Source: Octopus sinensis (Eukaryota). Taken from it: a DNA stretch of 64,000 nucleotides. Positions 1 to 13,205 of this stretch are shown here, in pieces. Within the stretch, counting starts at the first letter, position 1. Every line of letters begins with the position of its first letter. The stretch covers positions 56,110,001 to 56,174,000 of the forward strand of contig NC_043012.1 in assembly GCF_006345805.1 (NCBI RefSeq), in the 5' to 3' direction. A model generated the notes under the pieces. That model did no database searches, had not been told where the DNA came from, and worked only from the letters and a program-made list of their open reading frames with translations. Made by a program: the position numbers and the translations under genes.

Positions 1-737
1 CCTTCCTAAAAGGCAAAGTGCTTCTAGTAAAATATTATTTCAATAATACCCTGTATGTGATCCTAACATATTCCCTAAGCTGCAGTTTTTTTAGTAGAAT
101 TCACAAAAATAATTATGAAATTAAAGTACAAAGTGTAAGTTAGCAGAGAAGAATTTTCTTACACTAACTATATAAAGATCAACCAATCTCAAAGAGTGAC
201 AACTCTAAAATTAGAACAGCCATATGTTGCAATTAGATAGATTTTCTGCCTGTGTGAAGTCAGTTTTTCTAGTAGTAGGTGGCAGGACTATCCACAATAT
301 ACTTCACAGCTATCTGAAGACATAAACAAACATTTTTATCATTGTTAGTAGTATTATGACAGCGAAGATGGAATCTATTTGGATTCACCTGTAATATATT
401 TCGAATGTTGTTTTATTTAAACCCCTCCCTAGACTATTCTATAACTACAGTTAAACTTCTTGTGACGGTGATGTGTTTTTCCTCCCCCGCAGGAATATAA
501 AGACTCAGCAAGTAAGAAATGTCAACTGTTTCAACTTTCCATAAAAAGTAACATGCATACAAGAATTTAGAAACTTCAAGAGAACATGAAATAATTCATT
601 TATAATGGGTAGAACTTGAAAAACACAAAGCCATAATAATGGCATGTGAATATTGAGTTAAAAACCTCTTTTGGATAAAAAAAAGATGAAGTCCCATGCG
701 CAATCTTCAACTTTTATCCAAAGGGGATTTTTAACCC

Positions 738-1108
738 ATGCTTCCCAACCACGTGGTTCAGGGTTCAGTCCTATTGCATGGCACCTTAGGCAAGGGTCTT
801 CTACTATAACCACAGGCCAATTAAAGCCTTGTGAGTGGATTTGCTAGACAGAAACTGAAAAAAGCCCACCATATATATGTACAACAAAGACACACACATG
901 TATTTTGTGTGTCTGTTTGTCCCACCATCACCGCTTGACAACTGATGCTGTTGTGTTTACGTCACCTTAACTTATCAGTTTGGCAAAAGAGACCAATAGA
1001 ATAAGTACCAGGCCTCTAAAAAAATAAGGATTTGGGGCAATACATTTAACAAAAACAATGCAAGGTGGTGTCCCAGCATGGCCACAGTCTAATGAAAAAC
1101 AAGTAAAC
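738..1108 (+). mobile_element. Degenerate family A SINE
   Basis: Diverged head, linker and 3' module. Similar old copies lie at about 4517-4830(-), 9266-9565(+), 10499-10860(+), 23935-24270, 34850-35210(+), 44635-44800(-) and 58343-58525(-). Confidence 0.75.
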
Positions 1109-1321
1109 ATATATATATATATATTATCATCATCATCATTTAGCATCCGCTTTCCATGCTAGCATGGGTTGGACGGTTCAACTGGGGTCTGGGAAGCCAG
1201 AAGGCTGCACCAGGACCAGTCTGATTTGGCAATGCCCTTCCTAAACACAGCATTTCATACAGAAATGCAAATAAATCTTATTTTTAAAATAAATCTTCAC
1301 ATCTTTTATGAAATATAGATG

Positions 1322-1358
<37 letters not shown>

Positions 1359-2150
1359 CCTGTTTCATGTATACGGCTTTGATTATTGCTTGCAAGCTCA
1401 AGTACAAGGAGTCACCCCAGAGATTATGTTTATATATATTATACACATCACACACACACACTCAAACAAATCAGATTAATAATAATAAATTACTGTAGTT
1501 AGGTAATAACTAACATCTGTTATAATTCCATTCATAACTAAGATGAATTATAGGAATATACAAAGACTTTAATACTTCACTGATAAACTGTTTTGTCAAG
1601 CTTGTAAAGATAAAAGGTAAAAACTGATCTCAGTAGGATTTGAACTCAGTACATAAAAGGCCATCATTAAATACTACAAGACACTTTGTCAGAGACTAAT
1701 AATGACTCTGCTAGTAGCATCTTTTAATTAGTAAAATATATCATGATTTACTTCCACCCACCTCATTCATGAAACAGCAGCCATTACAGTCATGTAATGT
1801 AACTAATGCAATTACTTCTATGTGAAAGAAACTGGAATGAAAACACAAATCTCAATTTAGCACCAAGCAGTTCATTTAATCACATATGTTCTCAGAACTA
1901 GTATTTTGTGGTTTTCTTCAACAACACCATGGCATTTCATTTCATTTTGGCTATCTTTAAAAAAAAAAAAGAGTTCAAACTGTCGTAAGCATTGCAGTTA
2001 AAAGCCCTCATCACGCCATAACACTCACACATGCACACATCTTTTTGCATACGTTCAGGCAGGACGTCAGCAACATCAATCCAGTCTAATAGAGGCTCTC
2101 ATTAACTTAAAAAAAGAGAACAAAAACAAAAAAATAAATCATAGTACTCA

Positions 2151-2547
2151 GGCGCAGGAGTGGCTGTGTGGTAAGTAGCTTGCTAACCAACCACATGGTT
2201 CCGGGTTCAGTCCCACTGCGTGGCATCTTGGGCAAGTGTCTTCTGCTATAGCCCCGGGCCGACCAATGCCTTGTGAGTGGATTTGGTAGACGGAAACTGA
2301 ATGAAGCCTGTCGTATATATGTATGTGTGTGTGTGTTTGTGTGTCTGTGTTTGTCCCCCTAGCATTGCTTGACAACCGATGCTGGTGTGTTTACGTCCCC
2401 GTCACTTAGCGGTTCGGCAAAAGAGACCGATAGAATAAGTACTGGGCTTACAAAGAATAAATCCCGGGGTCGATTTGCTCGACTAAAGGCGGTGCTCCAG
2501 CATGGCCGCAGTCAAATGACTGAAACAAGTAAAAGAGTAAAGAGTAA
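2151..2547 (+). mobile_element. Family A tRNA-derived SINE, full length (head + internal microsatellite + 3' module ending GAGTAAA repeats)
   Basis: A-box-like TGGCTGTGTGG and B-box-like GGTTCAGTCCC, a CORE-like CTTGGGCAAGTG segment, and many homologues in the window. It probably corresponds to a described octopus OK/OR-type family (not verified). Confidence 0.9.
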
Positions 2548-5500
2548 AATGTGTCCTTCCTCCTTTTAAGATGGTATGGTTTGATTTAAGAGAGGTTGAT
2601 CTGGTATTTCTAACAAGTCGAACAACTTTACAGAGATTTCCTTGAGACCAACACTGAATTCACTTCCAATCTCATAATTGAAAAAGATTCTCTGAGGACA
2701 AAAATAAACAATTTCAATATACATTTCATAAAATCCAGTTTGAACTCGTCAATTTGTTCCTTCAGTTAACATCATTGTTTTAACATTCACTTTTCCATGC
2801 TTGCACAAGTTGGACAGAGTTTATTTAAAACAGATTTTCTACAACTATATGTCCTTCCTGTCACCAACCATCACTCCTTCCCAAACATAATAATATTTCT
2901 TCCTGACCAGACATATTTACACAGAATATGAATGACAATGTTTATATGACAATGACACAACTACCATACAAATATCAAGACAAAGACACAAACATACACA
3001 AACACATGCACAAGCTTCTTTAAGTTTTCATCTTCCAAATTCACTCACAGGGCTTTAGTCAGCCTGAGGCTAAGAAAGAAGGCACTTGGCCAAGGGTGTC
3101 ATGCAGTGGGACTGAACCTGAAACCATGTGGTTAGGAAGCAAACTTTTTAACCACTTAGCTACACCTGCACCCATAACCACACCTGTACCAATAACCACA
3201 CCTGTGAATAAATTCACAGAACTGAAACTATAAAAATGAAGTAAGGAGTCTAATTTAGTCCATCTCCCAAAGAACAAAAAGAAAATGAAAAAAAAAAAAA
3301 ACAGGATCTGCTAATCACATAGGCAGGATGGCCTCTGGTTTCCTTGGCAACTCCTCGAAATCGTTGGCACAAGAAACAGAAAATCTAGACAAGAAACATT
3401 TGCTCCAAGAGCCCGAAATTTGACAGAGCTATCTATATTAAGATAAACAACATGCTGTTTAAATAAATCTGTGCCAGGAGAACTGCAAACATAAGTCTTG
3501 CAGCTATTTAAAAAACACAGCCTTAAAACAAAAGTAAATTCAGTTTGTAAGATAAGATTTTGACAAGATTCCATAAGCAATGGCTCAAAGAAACAGTTAA
3601 CAAATTACGGTACAGAGAAGTAATCAATAACATTCGTTAAGGTTGTGTCAAGTAATAAAACAAAAGGTTGATCTTTAAAACAAAATTAGACAAAGAAAAA
3701 TGCCAACAAGGGAACCTCTATGTTAATTGCTTGACCTGCTAGATATAGCACCCTAGAGTCTTAAAATTAGGCTATTTTGGACAATGTAGTCCTGGATATA
3801 TAGAAAAACTAAATGGCCATAGTTGGAACATTTTTAATAAAATGTTTGCTCAATTAGTACTGATTAGGTGCTATACAATAACAAATGAAACAAAAATTAC
3901 AATTATGAAGTTACAGAATGACATATGATTGAATAAACTAAGGTTGTAGAAATCTCATCTGACCCATACAACCATTGAAATGTGGACAGACATTAAAGCA
4001 GATTTTCTCATTACTTTGATATGAAGTGTGTGCTTTTGCTGAAGAGGTCAAACAGGTTGAAACATGTCAAGAATTGTCTCCCATACTTCCAAAAATTCAT
4101 TAAAATAAATATTAGTCATTGATTAATGTTTTCTTCTTTTCTTTCACTACATAATTATTTCTACTTAGTTTCTCAATCATGCTGCATTAAATATGCTAAC
4201 ACTGACTCGACAATAACATTGATAAGAGGAAAATCAGGAAAACAAATTGACCGACAACAATAACAAACAGTGAGTAAAGAAAGTTTGCAACACAGAAATA
4301 AATCATTTTGATTTGATGCGCATCTCACTTCAACAAAGTGTTCTACTTGAAACCATATACTTCCCCTCTTCATGACAAAATAATTTATTCCACTTCAGGG
4401 TCTTATTATTATTATCATTATAATTGAACAATGTCATAAAAAGTTTACAAATTATTCTACAACTTAGCACATCTCACAGAAATATTAGAATTTTATTTAT
4501 TTCACACTTCCTAGTTTTAGTCATTGGGCTCTGACCATGCTGGGGTACCACCTTGAAGGTGGTTCAGTCAAACAAATCAACCCCAGTACTAGTTTTTTAA
4601 GTTTCAAACTTATTCTATTGGCCTCTTTTGCTGAACTGCAAATCTATGGGGATGTAAACAAACCAACACAGGTAGTCAAGTGGTGACAGAAAACACACAC
4701 TTTTCATCTACTAAATTATCTCAAAAGGAATTGATTGGCCCAGGGCTATAGTAGAAGGCACATACCTGAGATGGCAGGCAGTGGAACTGAACCCGAGACT
4801 ACATGATTCCAAAACAAGTTTCCTAACCATGCATCCATACCCACATCATTCCTCCACCTTTCCTAATAGATTTTTAATGAGTAAACTTTTTTTTTTTTTT
4901 TTTGAGGTTTTTTCTTTTCCTCATTTTGATTTTTTTCCACACTTGTGTATGATGAATAATGATATGAGAAGGCCTTTTTTTTTATACAAAAAAGATATTT
5001 ATATTTGTTATGGGTGTTCTGAATTCTTAGAATAATATCAATAAACATGTTTCTCAGTAGAGAAATATTCTCTGCTTTCTGTTTATATTTTATACGAAAA
5101 AATAATTATTATAAATATATATTAAGTTGAAAGGTTGCAATCTGAGAATAGGGATACATAACCATCTTCACAAATGGTAAACAATTTTCTCTTTTTTTGT
5201 CTTGCTAACTACATACGCATGCTGTATGTATACACATGCAAGTATACATTAAACCATACAAATAGATAAAATATGCATATACACTCAATCATGCAACCAC
5301 ACAACTTTTCTTAATATAACAGATGTTAATGATATACATATATATAGGCAAACACACAAATATACATACATGTACATACACACACACCTGTTTAATATAT
5401 ACTACATGCACACATAACTTGAAGGCAATTTTAGACGAGATGATGAAGGCAAGTTTAGGGTTTCAGCTATAAGGTATGTTTGAGATGCTTCCTTTCACCA

Positions 5501-5619
5501 AAGCACATAACCTCACAGCATAACAGATAGCAGTAACAAGTCAGTCTGATCTGAAAATATTCTGAACTAAAACATCTCATACATAGTTTACTGTACAGTT
5601 AATCATTCACTGGTTCCAG

Positions 5620-5990
5620 TCTCCTTGTGTTCAATGCCACTGCACAGTACATTGCATAAGTAGCCCTGGGCTGACCAAAGCTTGTGAGTGAATTTGATAG
5701 ATGGAAACTGAAAGAAGGCCATCAAATAAATATATATGTAGAATATGTAGGTGTTAGTGTGTACCCCTGTCTTGACATTACATGAGGAATGTAAATAAGC
5801 ATCATTGTAATTCAAGCAATGTTTTGTTTCCAGTCTTCCATGAAGATGTCTAGCTGTGAGAAAATATTACCTTGCTTGGAAACAGATGAGGATTGGTAAC
5901 AGGAAGGGTATCTAGCTGTAGAAAATCTACCTCAACAAATTCCATCTCACCCATGCACACATGGAACAGTGAGCATTAAATGATGAGGAT
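5620..5990 (+). mobile_element. Composite SINE: family A head + microsatellite + family E body with (GAT)n tail
   Basis: The head gtgagtgaatttgatagatggaaactgaaagaag is followed by atgtaaataagcatc..cttgcttggaaacag..ggaagggtatc..attaaatgatg. The same architecture occurs at about 2770-3170(-), 12810-13465(+), 17395-17750(+), 33975-34345(-) and 49690-50470(+). Confidence 0.75.
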
Positions 5991-5994
5991 TCTG

Positions 5995-6400
5995 TTTTCA
6001 TAGGCCACTATTCTCCTGAGGGTTGTGGAGTCACAGATTTAAGGCATGCCATCCAGAGAGTCCTATCCAAAGGAACCATTGGCAAGCGTTCCAACTGAGA
6101 CCAACCAATATTATGGACATTATTCAACCATCTCTCCTATAGTCTACTCCTAGGAGTAGAGCTACCAGTTGGTCTTGCCTGTGAAAATCAACCCTGCAAT
6201 TTTTGACTCAGACATTCTAACCACATGTTCATAGTATCAGAGCCAAGTGACCTCTCAATACAATGAAGGAAGTAACAGCTCAACTTTGAGCAATTCCCTA
6301 ATCTCTGAGCTGCACACCCAATTGAATAATATTCTTCTAGCAGCCCTTTTATTTATCGAATAGCTGGATTCCTTAAATACTTCGTTCTAGTTAGCATTTA
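5995..6400 (-). mobile_element. Decayed RTE-type LINE ORF2 3' end
   Basis: L*YYEHVVRMSESKIAGLIF, then (after a frameshift) RPTGSSTPRSRL*ERWLNNV...DRTLWMACL..TPQPSGE*. This resembles the LRW.GHV.RM...GRPR.RW.D.V...DR..W motif series. Confidence 0.65.
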
Positions 6401-7290
6401 AGAAAAAAAAAAGTTTGAGAGAGTAAACACTACAGGTATTTTGCTTGTTGCACCGATTTTGCACATGACAAACCTCCAAACAGTTTCTGGCTACCAGATT
6501 TCAATCACAATGTGTCGTGCAGTGAAACTGAATCTAAAACCACAAGGCTGCAAAACAAACATCTTAACCATGCATACCAGTGTGCAATTATAACCATTTC
6601 CCACCCAATTCCTGTCCCGTTTCTTTTATAGCTGAAGAAAATTTATTGGATTTATTTTTTATTTTTATTTTATCTAGTTTCAGCTCATGAGCTGTGGCCA
6701 TGCTGGATATAAACTTTCATAAAAATAAATATTTTAAAATTTTGCAAAAGTATTTTTCTATTTTCTTTTCATTAAACTTGGTTTGTTATTTCTACTTCCT
6801 GATCTTTTAAAAATGCGTTCACTTATTTATAAACACATGGCTGTATGTATAAACATGTGATATGTGTGTGTGTTTACTCAAAAAATATCAACATGTATGA
6901 GATACTACGAGTGTAAACAAGAAGCATCAAAAAATTCATCTCAGTAGGCATGTGTGTGTGTGTGTGTGCATGTGCAATAATGTGATGAATGGTTATGTAA
7001 GTCTGCGTATACAATGTGACTGTTCACATGGTGGTTGTGTGTACGTGTATGTACAAGAATGAATATGCATGCACTTCAGTATGTGTGTGTGTATGTATAC
7101 AAGAATGTGTGAAAGTTCATACGATTCAGTGCACATGTGGGCAAGTGTAAATCTAGTATAAGTGCACCAGAGAAGAAATTAATAAAATATATTATTAATA
7201 ATCCAGAGAAATAGCATCTATTATGAAGTCAAATATAGTCAACTCTCTACTGAAATTTGATTCTCCCTCTATATAAAATAAAACTCTTAC

Positions 7291-7359
7291 AAAGCAGTTA
7301 GTTGCTCTTTCAGAACTAAATGTAACATATCTGGTGGAGAAGCAGTACCATATGCACTG
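7291..7359 (-). CDS. Possible 69-nt exon of an unidentified minus-strand gene (SAYGTASPPDMLHLVLKEQLTA)
   Basis: Acceptor tttcccaag|, donor |GTAAGA and an open frame, in non-repetitive sequence. No homologue recognised. Confidence 0.25.
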
Positions 7360-7429
7360 CTTGGGAAATGATCAAATCACAGACTTAAAATTCAGATGAT
7401 ATAGAAACTTAAGCTGATCTGAGGTATAT

Positions 7430-8130
7430 AATAATAATCCTTTATATAATAAGCACAAGGCCTGGAATTTGGGGAAGTGGGGACAGTCAAATACATTGAC
7501 CCCAATACTCGACTGATAATTTATCGACCCCGAAATGATGAACGGTAAAGTCGACCTCAGTGCAATTTGAACTCAGAATGTAGTAGCAGGCGAAATACTG
7601 CTCAGCATTTCGCTCAGTGCACTAATGATTCTGCCAGCTCACCACCTTTAATTATACAATAACCCTTTCTGATACAGGTACAAAACCTGAAATTTGGTGG
7701 GGAGGAGGATAGTTGATTACATCAACCCCAATACTCAACTGGTACTTATTTGATCGACCCTGAAGTCTGAAAGGCAAAGTCAACCTCAGCAGAATTTGAA
7801 TAATAATAATGATAATAATGGTTTCAAATTTTGGTACAAGGCCAGCAATTTTTAGGGGTGGGGGAAGTCAATTACATCAACCTCAGTGTTCAGCTGGTAC
7901 TTATTTTTCATCAACCTCAAAAAGATAAAAGGCAAAGTCGACCATAAAAATAAATCTTTCTGCTACATGCACAAGACCTGAAATTTTGGGGGAGGGTGCT
8001 AGTCAATCACATCGATCTTAGTGCTTGACTGGTATTTATTTTATTGACCCCAAAAGTACGAAAAGCAAAGTGAACAGATGGACGAAATGTTGCTAAGCAA
8101 TTTGCCCAGCATGCTAACGATTCTGCCAAA
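7430..8130 (-). mobile_element. Cluster of four same-orientation family B SINEs (alternative ATT-type tails)
   Basis: Repeated atcgacccc..aaaggcaaagtcgacc..gaatttgaa units with different truncation points. Further family B copies lie at about 8743-8950(-), 22915-23105(-), 34655-34790(-), 36062-36270(+), 36735-36930(+), 38850-39030(-), 46670-46800(+), 53160-53290(+), 62640-62850(+) and 63510-63750(+). Confidence 0.8.
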
Positions 8131-9822
8131 CAACAAAATAAATGTGTAAATAAGCTGCAAAACTAAGACAACAAATTCCTGAATAAGAATAAAATCTATT
8201 TCTGGTTTTGGTTTTTTTTTTTTGTTTGTTTACTTTTTTGTTTTTTATTTATGTCAAAGATTGCCTGCAAATGTAAATGGAAGTATGTAAGTATATCTAT
8301 AGAGTTACAGACACAGGATAGAGTATCAGTCTCACCACTAAAGAGGAATTTGCTTATATTTTCCTAAAATCTTTTATCATTTACTTGCTTTAGTCAATTG
8401 ACTGTGGCCATGCTAGAGCACCACCTTGAAGAGTTTAGTCAAACAAATCAACCCCAGTACTTCTTTTTTTAAACATGAAGCTATCAACTTATGTCTCAGT
8501 TGATGTTTGATGACTGCAAGAAAAGCACAGGCAAAGAGAAAAATTTCAACATCCTGGAGGAACAAAAACAGATTTAAGTACAAAGACTAGGGTAAGAAGA
8601 GGAGAGACGAGCATGTGATGTAGGTTTTGGTGGAAACATAGAAACATAGAAGCAGTTGCAGTAAAAAAGAGGTCAGTGTCTGTAGGGAGGAGAATGAAGA
8701 GGATTGGCAAAAGGCTCCATCTTTATCAGTCAGACGTCTTTCATATCCTTTCTACTAAAGGCACAAGGCCTGAAATTTGGGGTGTGGGGACTAGTCAATT
8801 ACAACGACCCCAGTGTTTCACTGGTACTCAATTTATCGACCCCGAAATCAGGAAAGGCAAAGTCGACCTCGGCAGAATTTGAACTCAGAATGGAGCAATG
8901 GTCGAAACACTGCTAATCATTTCATCCGGCGTGCTAACGATTACACCAACACAAACGATGAGTATCCTACACTGGGTTTCACTGAGTAATGTCTACTATT
9001 CATGCAATCTTTCAAAGTGTCAATGGATGACACAGCATAGCTGAGTGGTAAAGAAGCTAATCTCACAATCACAAGGTTCGAAACTCACTACATGACATCT
9101 TGGGGGAGGGGAAGGATGAGTGTTTTACCATAAGACTTAGCTCAATCCAAATCTTTTGAGTGGACAGATGAAAGGTATGCAGAAGCCTGTCAGACTTGTA
9201 ATTTATAGTGCCAGCTTTGTCACACATTGTCATGTTGACCCTACATTAGAGTGGACACATGAATAAGTGGTTAAGAAGCTTATTTTGCAACCATGTGATT
9301 ACAGGTTCAGTCCCACTGCATGGTACTTTGAGCAGTTTCTTCGACTATAGCCCTGGGTCAACCAATGTCTTATGAGTGAATTTAATAGACATAAAGTGTA
9401 TGGAAACCTGTGATGTAGTTTCCCCACACCACTTGACAACCAGTGTTGGTTTGTTTAGAATAGGACTTTAAAAAATAAGTACTGGGGTTGCTTTGTTTGA
9501 CTAAAACCCTTCAAGGTGGTGCCCCAGCATGGTTGCTGTCCAATGATTGAAACAAGTAAAATGTAAAAGATAAAACGTAAAATATACCTGCTGGATCCTC
9601 AACTACTTGCTAATTCAATGAATAAGTAATTCAGTTGATTAAACAACCAGAATACTCGTTACTGAACTTCAGAGATTCATTTAATTTACAAGGGACACAA
9701 ATATCATGTATTTGTTTGCAGTATTGAGCTGAAAGCTCCCTTTTACAGCAGCTTTAACTTGGAGAGAAAAGTGGGCTCAAGCAGAAAAAATGCTAAGCAT
9801 TTGATCCACCATGCTAATGATT

Positions 9823-10054
9823 ATTTCATTATTGCCCACAAGGGGCTAAACATAGAGGGGACAAACAAGGACAGACAAAGGGATTAAGTTGATTACATCA
9901 ACCCCAGTGCGTAACTAGTACTTAATATATCGACCCCGAAAGGATGAAAGACAAAGTCGACCACAGCAGAATTTGAACTCAGAACGTAACGGCAGACAAA
10001 ATACTGCTAAGCATTTCGCCCGGTGTGCTAATGTTTCTGCCAGCTCACTGACTT
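9823..10054 (-). mobile_element. Family B SINE monomer inserted in an older family B head
   Basis: TSD TGCTAATGATT at 9812-9822 and 10055-10065. Confidence 0.88.
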
Positions 10055-12948
10055 TGCTAATGATTCTGCCGACTTGCTGCCTACCTTATAGTGCCCCTTC
10101 TTTATTTAAGAAATAAGGTGTGATATGAAGATAATTTGGTTGCTGTTTCTCACAGATTGCATAACCACATAGACAATCCCTCACTGGCTGATAGCTATCT
10201 GCCTGTACTTGTTTGTAATATTTTTATTTGTTGTAGCTTGTTTACATGTGTTGGGCTTGTGTTAGTGTTTATATTGGTTTTGGTGACTAAGAGAATTAGG
10301 TTTGGTGTGGTTGAAAACATTTTTCGTATATATTTTATTGCAGGTCATTTATTTTATGCTTGTCAGATGATTTAATAAGTATGTTTAGTATAGTGACTAT
10401 TTCGTATAACCAGGTAAGACATCCTGCTGACACAGGCCCAAACCAGATTACAAATAATTCATTCATTTCGTACCCATTTTCTTTTTCCTTGATAGGCATA
10501 AGCATAGTTGTGTAGTTAGAAAGCTTGCTTTGCAATCACATGGTTCTGGGTTCAATCCCAGTGTTCAGCACCTTCAGCAAGTGTCTTCTACAATAGCCCC
10601 AGATAGACAAATACCTTGAGTGAATTTGGTAGACAGAAAATGTGAGGAAGATCATTGCGTGTGTGTGTGTGTGTCTACACAGACACAATACATATACATG
10701 TGTATGTGTCTCATTCACCACTGCTTGACAACTAGTGTTGGTTTGTTTATGTCCCCATTAACTTAGCAGTTTGGCAAAAGGGAGCAACAGAATAAGACTA
10801 AAAAGAACTTTAAAAAAACATTTGTTCAACAAAAATTCTTAAAGTCAGTACCCTAGCTCGGTCACAGCCCAACAAACACAAGTAAAAGCCAATAATAGGG
10901 GTTGGATGAATACTTATTGAGACATTCTATAGCCAGATATCCTTTCTGGACATCATCTGAAAGGGATTTTTTTAATGTCAAGCTCTATATACCATACTTC
11001 ATAGGTGAGTGTGCATGTGTCTCAGCTTTGATCAAGCTAACATATGATCAAAAGTGCTTCATCTGTGATCATTCTATCGTATTCTCACGTACAGTACACC
11101 TAGAACCATATTATTGAATGTGTCATTTTCTAAAACAGCAGCATGCAATGTGAAGGAGATTTGGCTGCTATTTCTAGTAGATCAAGTGCCTGCAGAAAAG
11201 CTCCTTCATTGATTTATAATTTATATATTAGGATTGATTATAATGAATACTGAGGGTAGAGGGCTTCTTGTAAATGCTAAATTTTTTTGGATTTTAGAAT
11301 TTTGGGAAATTCTGAAATCCAAAAGATCATTGTAGAAATCATTTGAACCAGGTCTCCAGTTTGAGAATAATTTTCTCCCTTCTTCCTACAATCTCAGTGA
11401 ACCTGAAAAAATTAAAGGGTCACAAATGCTGCACTTCGCCTTCTGATTAAACCAGAAAAAAAAAATTGACAAGAGATATAAACAAGGCCAGAATAGAGAC
11501 AAACTTGATGTGACAAGTAATCATTCTGTCAGAGTGTATTAAGTCTTTGGTAGGAGTGTTAATGTAATGACAGTATGATGACGTAAGGGATTAGAGAGTT
11601 GGTGTATCACTTGCTGAGGGGGTTTTCTTGCTATAGAGGAAATGACTGGGTGGAGTGTTCTGGTTGTATCAAGGAGTGTTTTTGTTGTTCATAGTAGGTA
11701 CATGTGTAAATAATACTGTTTAATCATCATCATTTAATGTCAGTCTTACAGAACAGCTACAAAAGTGTGTTATAGTATCATAAATGCATTTGTCACAAAG
11801 GTATGCAGCAGGCACAGGTTTCTTCCAGGCAATATTTCCCCATCCACTAACAAGGAATAGAATAAAAAAATAGTTGAGATGATATGGTAACGAAATATCA
11901 GCCTGTAGGTCTTGAGATCAAATCTACTGCACGCTACATATTCATAAAGTACACTGCATATTTTAGGCTAATTCATTTCACTGTCAGTAACAATAAACCA
12001 GATCATTGAGCACCCTACAGAGAAGGGTAGTTTTATATCTCATCCGACTTCCTGCTATGATGCTAAATCTAAACATTGGCTGACACTGATATACTAAGCT
12101 TTATGGGGGAGTGAAAAAAATGCATTCCTTAACAGGCAGTATAGAATTGCCATGACAAACAACAGCATGATCATGAGAGAGAGAGAGAGAAAAAGGGAGC
12201 CTCTCTCTGGTTTCTCAAACTGTTACAAATAGAAACCAAATCACCCTCAAATAACACCTTACCATCTTTAAGAAAAAGCAACATACACTGGATAATGTAT
12301 TTCTAAAAACACCATTTAAATCAAACACAAGCTGATCACAGCTGAAATGCCTTTGATCGTATATTTGCCCAATCACAATTGACCTGGAGCGTGAAAGAAC
12401 AACAACAACAGAATGGCAGTGAAGTGTAAATAACCAAAGATGAAAGTCAATTTAAAGCCGGCGTTAATTTACTAAAAGTTCCACTGACATCCACTGGCAG
12501 ACTGCAGCGATAATAGTTTACAAAGGTATTTATAGCAGCAGCAGGTAGCAATTTTAGCATCCCATAGAGATTCAACCATTTCTATTATTATAATAAATAA
12601 AGCATTATTTGCATAAATTACTGCCAATGACATAAAAATCATCAAAACCACTCACATGTTTGACATCAACTGTATAATTTATTTATGTTTATTTATTGGC
12701 TGCATATTCAATTGCAGAAGTGAAATTACCTAGTATATACATCTTTCAACAACCAGCTCTAGAGATCTGGAGTTTTCCTTCCCACCAGAAGGTGTATGAT
12801 CACGTTTCTGAGAAAAACATATTTGGTATATATGGGTTCAGTCTCACTGCGCAGCATCTTGGGGAAAGTGTCTTTGACTACAGCCTAGGCCAAGCAGAGG
12901 TTTGTGAGTGGATTTGAGAGAAGGAAATTGAAGCTCATCACGTATATA

Positions 12949-13141
12949 GTTCAAATTTACAGAAAACAAAAGATAGATGAGGAGGAAACAACAACCAGTG
13001 CATTATTTTGTCACTCAGAAAAGTGGAAAAGTTTTTGACACTTCGAGCCTATGCTCTTCAACATAAAGGATTGAGAGGGGAGGGGGGAATGGAGAGAGAA
13101 TGAAAAAACAAAGAGAGAAAAGAATGTGTATGGATTAACAG

Positions 13142-13145
<4 letters not shown>
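12949..13145 (-). mobile_element. Older, diverged copy of the hammerhead-like-motif element, inside the microsatellite linker of a composite SINE
   Basis: Minus strand 13068-13033 reads CTTT-ATGTTGA-A-GAGC-ATAG-GCTC-GAAG-TGTC-AAAA. It lies between cgtatata and a (TG)29 tract. Confidence 0.6.

Positions 13146-13202
<57 letters not shown>
13145..13202. repeat. (TG)29 microsatellite
   Basis: Read directly from the sequence. Confidence 0.95.

Positions 13203-13205
<3 letters not shown>

Noticed and set aside
491-509. + strand 19-nt microexon candidate (cccccgcag|GAATATAAAGACTCAGCAA|gtaaga); similar candidates at about 10344-10413 and 13773-13787(-)
   Set aside because: Good splice signals alone are expected by chance in 64 kb of AT-rich DNA, and no host gene could be linked to them.
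2151-2230. tRNA-like A/B boxes at SINE heads (also 59940-59981, 61706-61770)
   Set aside because: No complete cloverleaf or acceptor stem. These are SINE heads, not tRNA genes.
2148-2569. ORFs MSSNARGTNTD.. and MTTDAGVFTSP.. recurring at several loci (also 15250-15777, 36261-36749, 56425-56812)
   Set aside because: They are readings through copies of the family A SINE, not a gene family.
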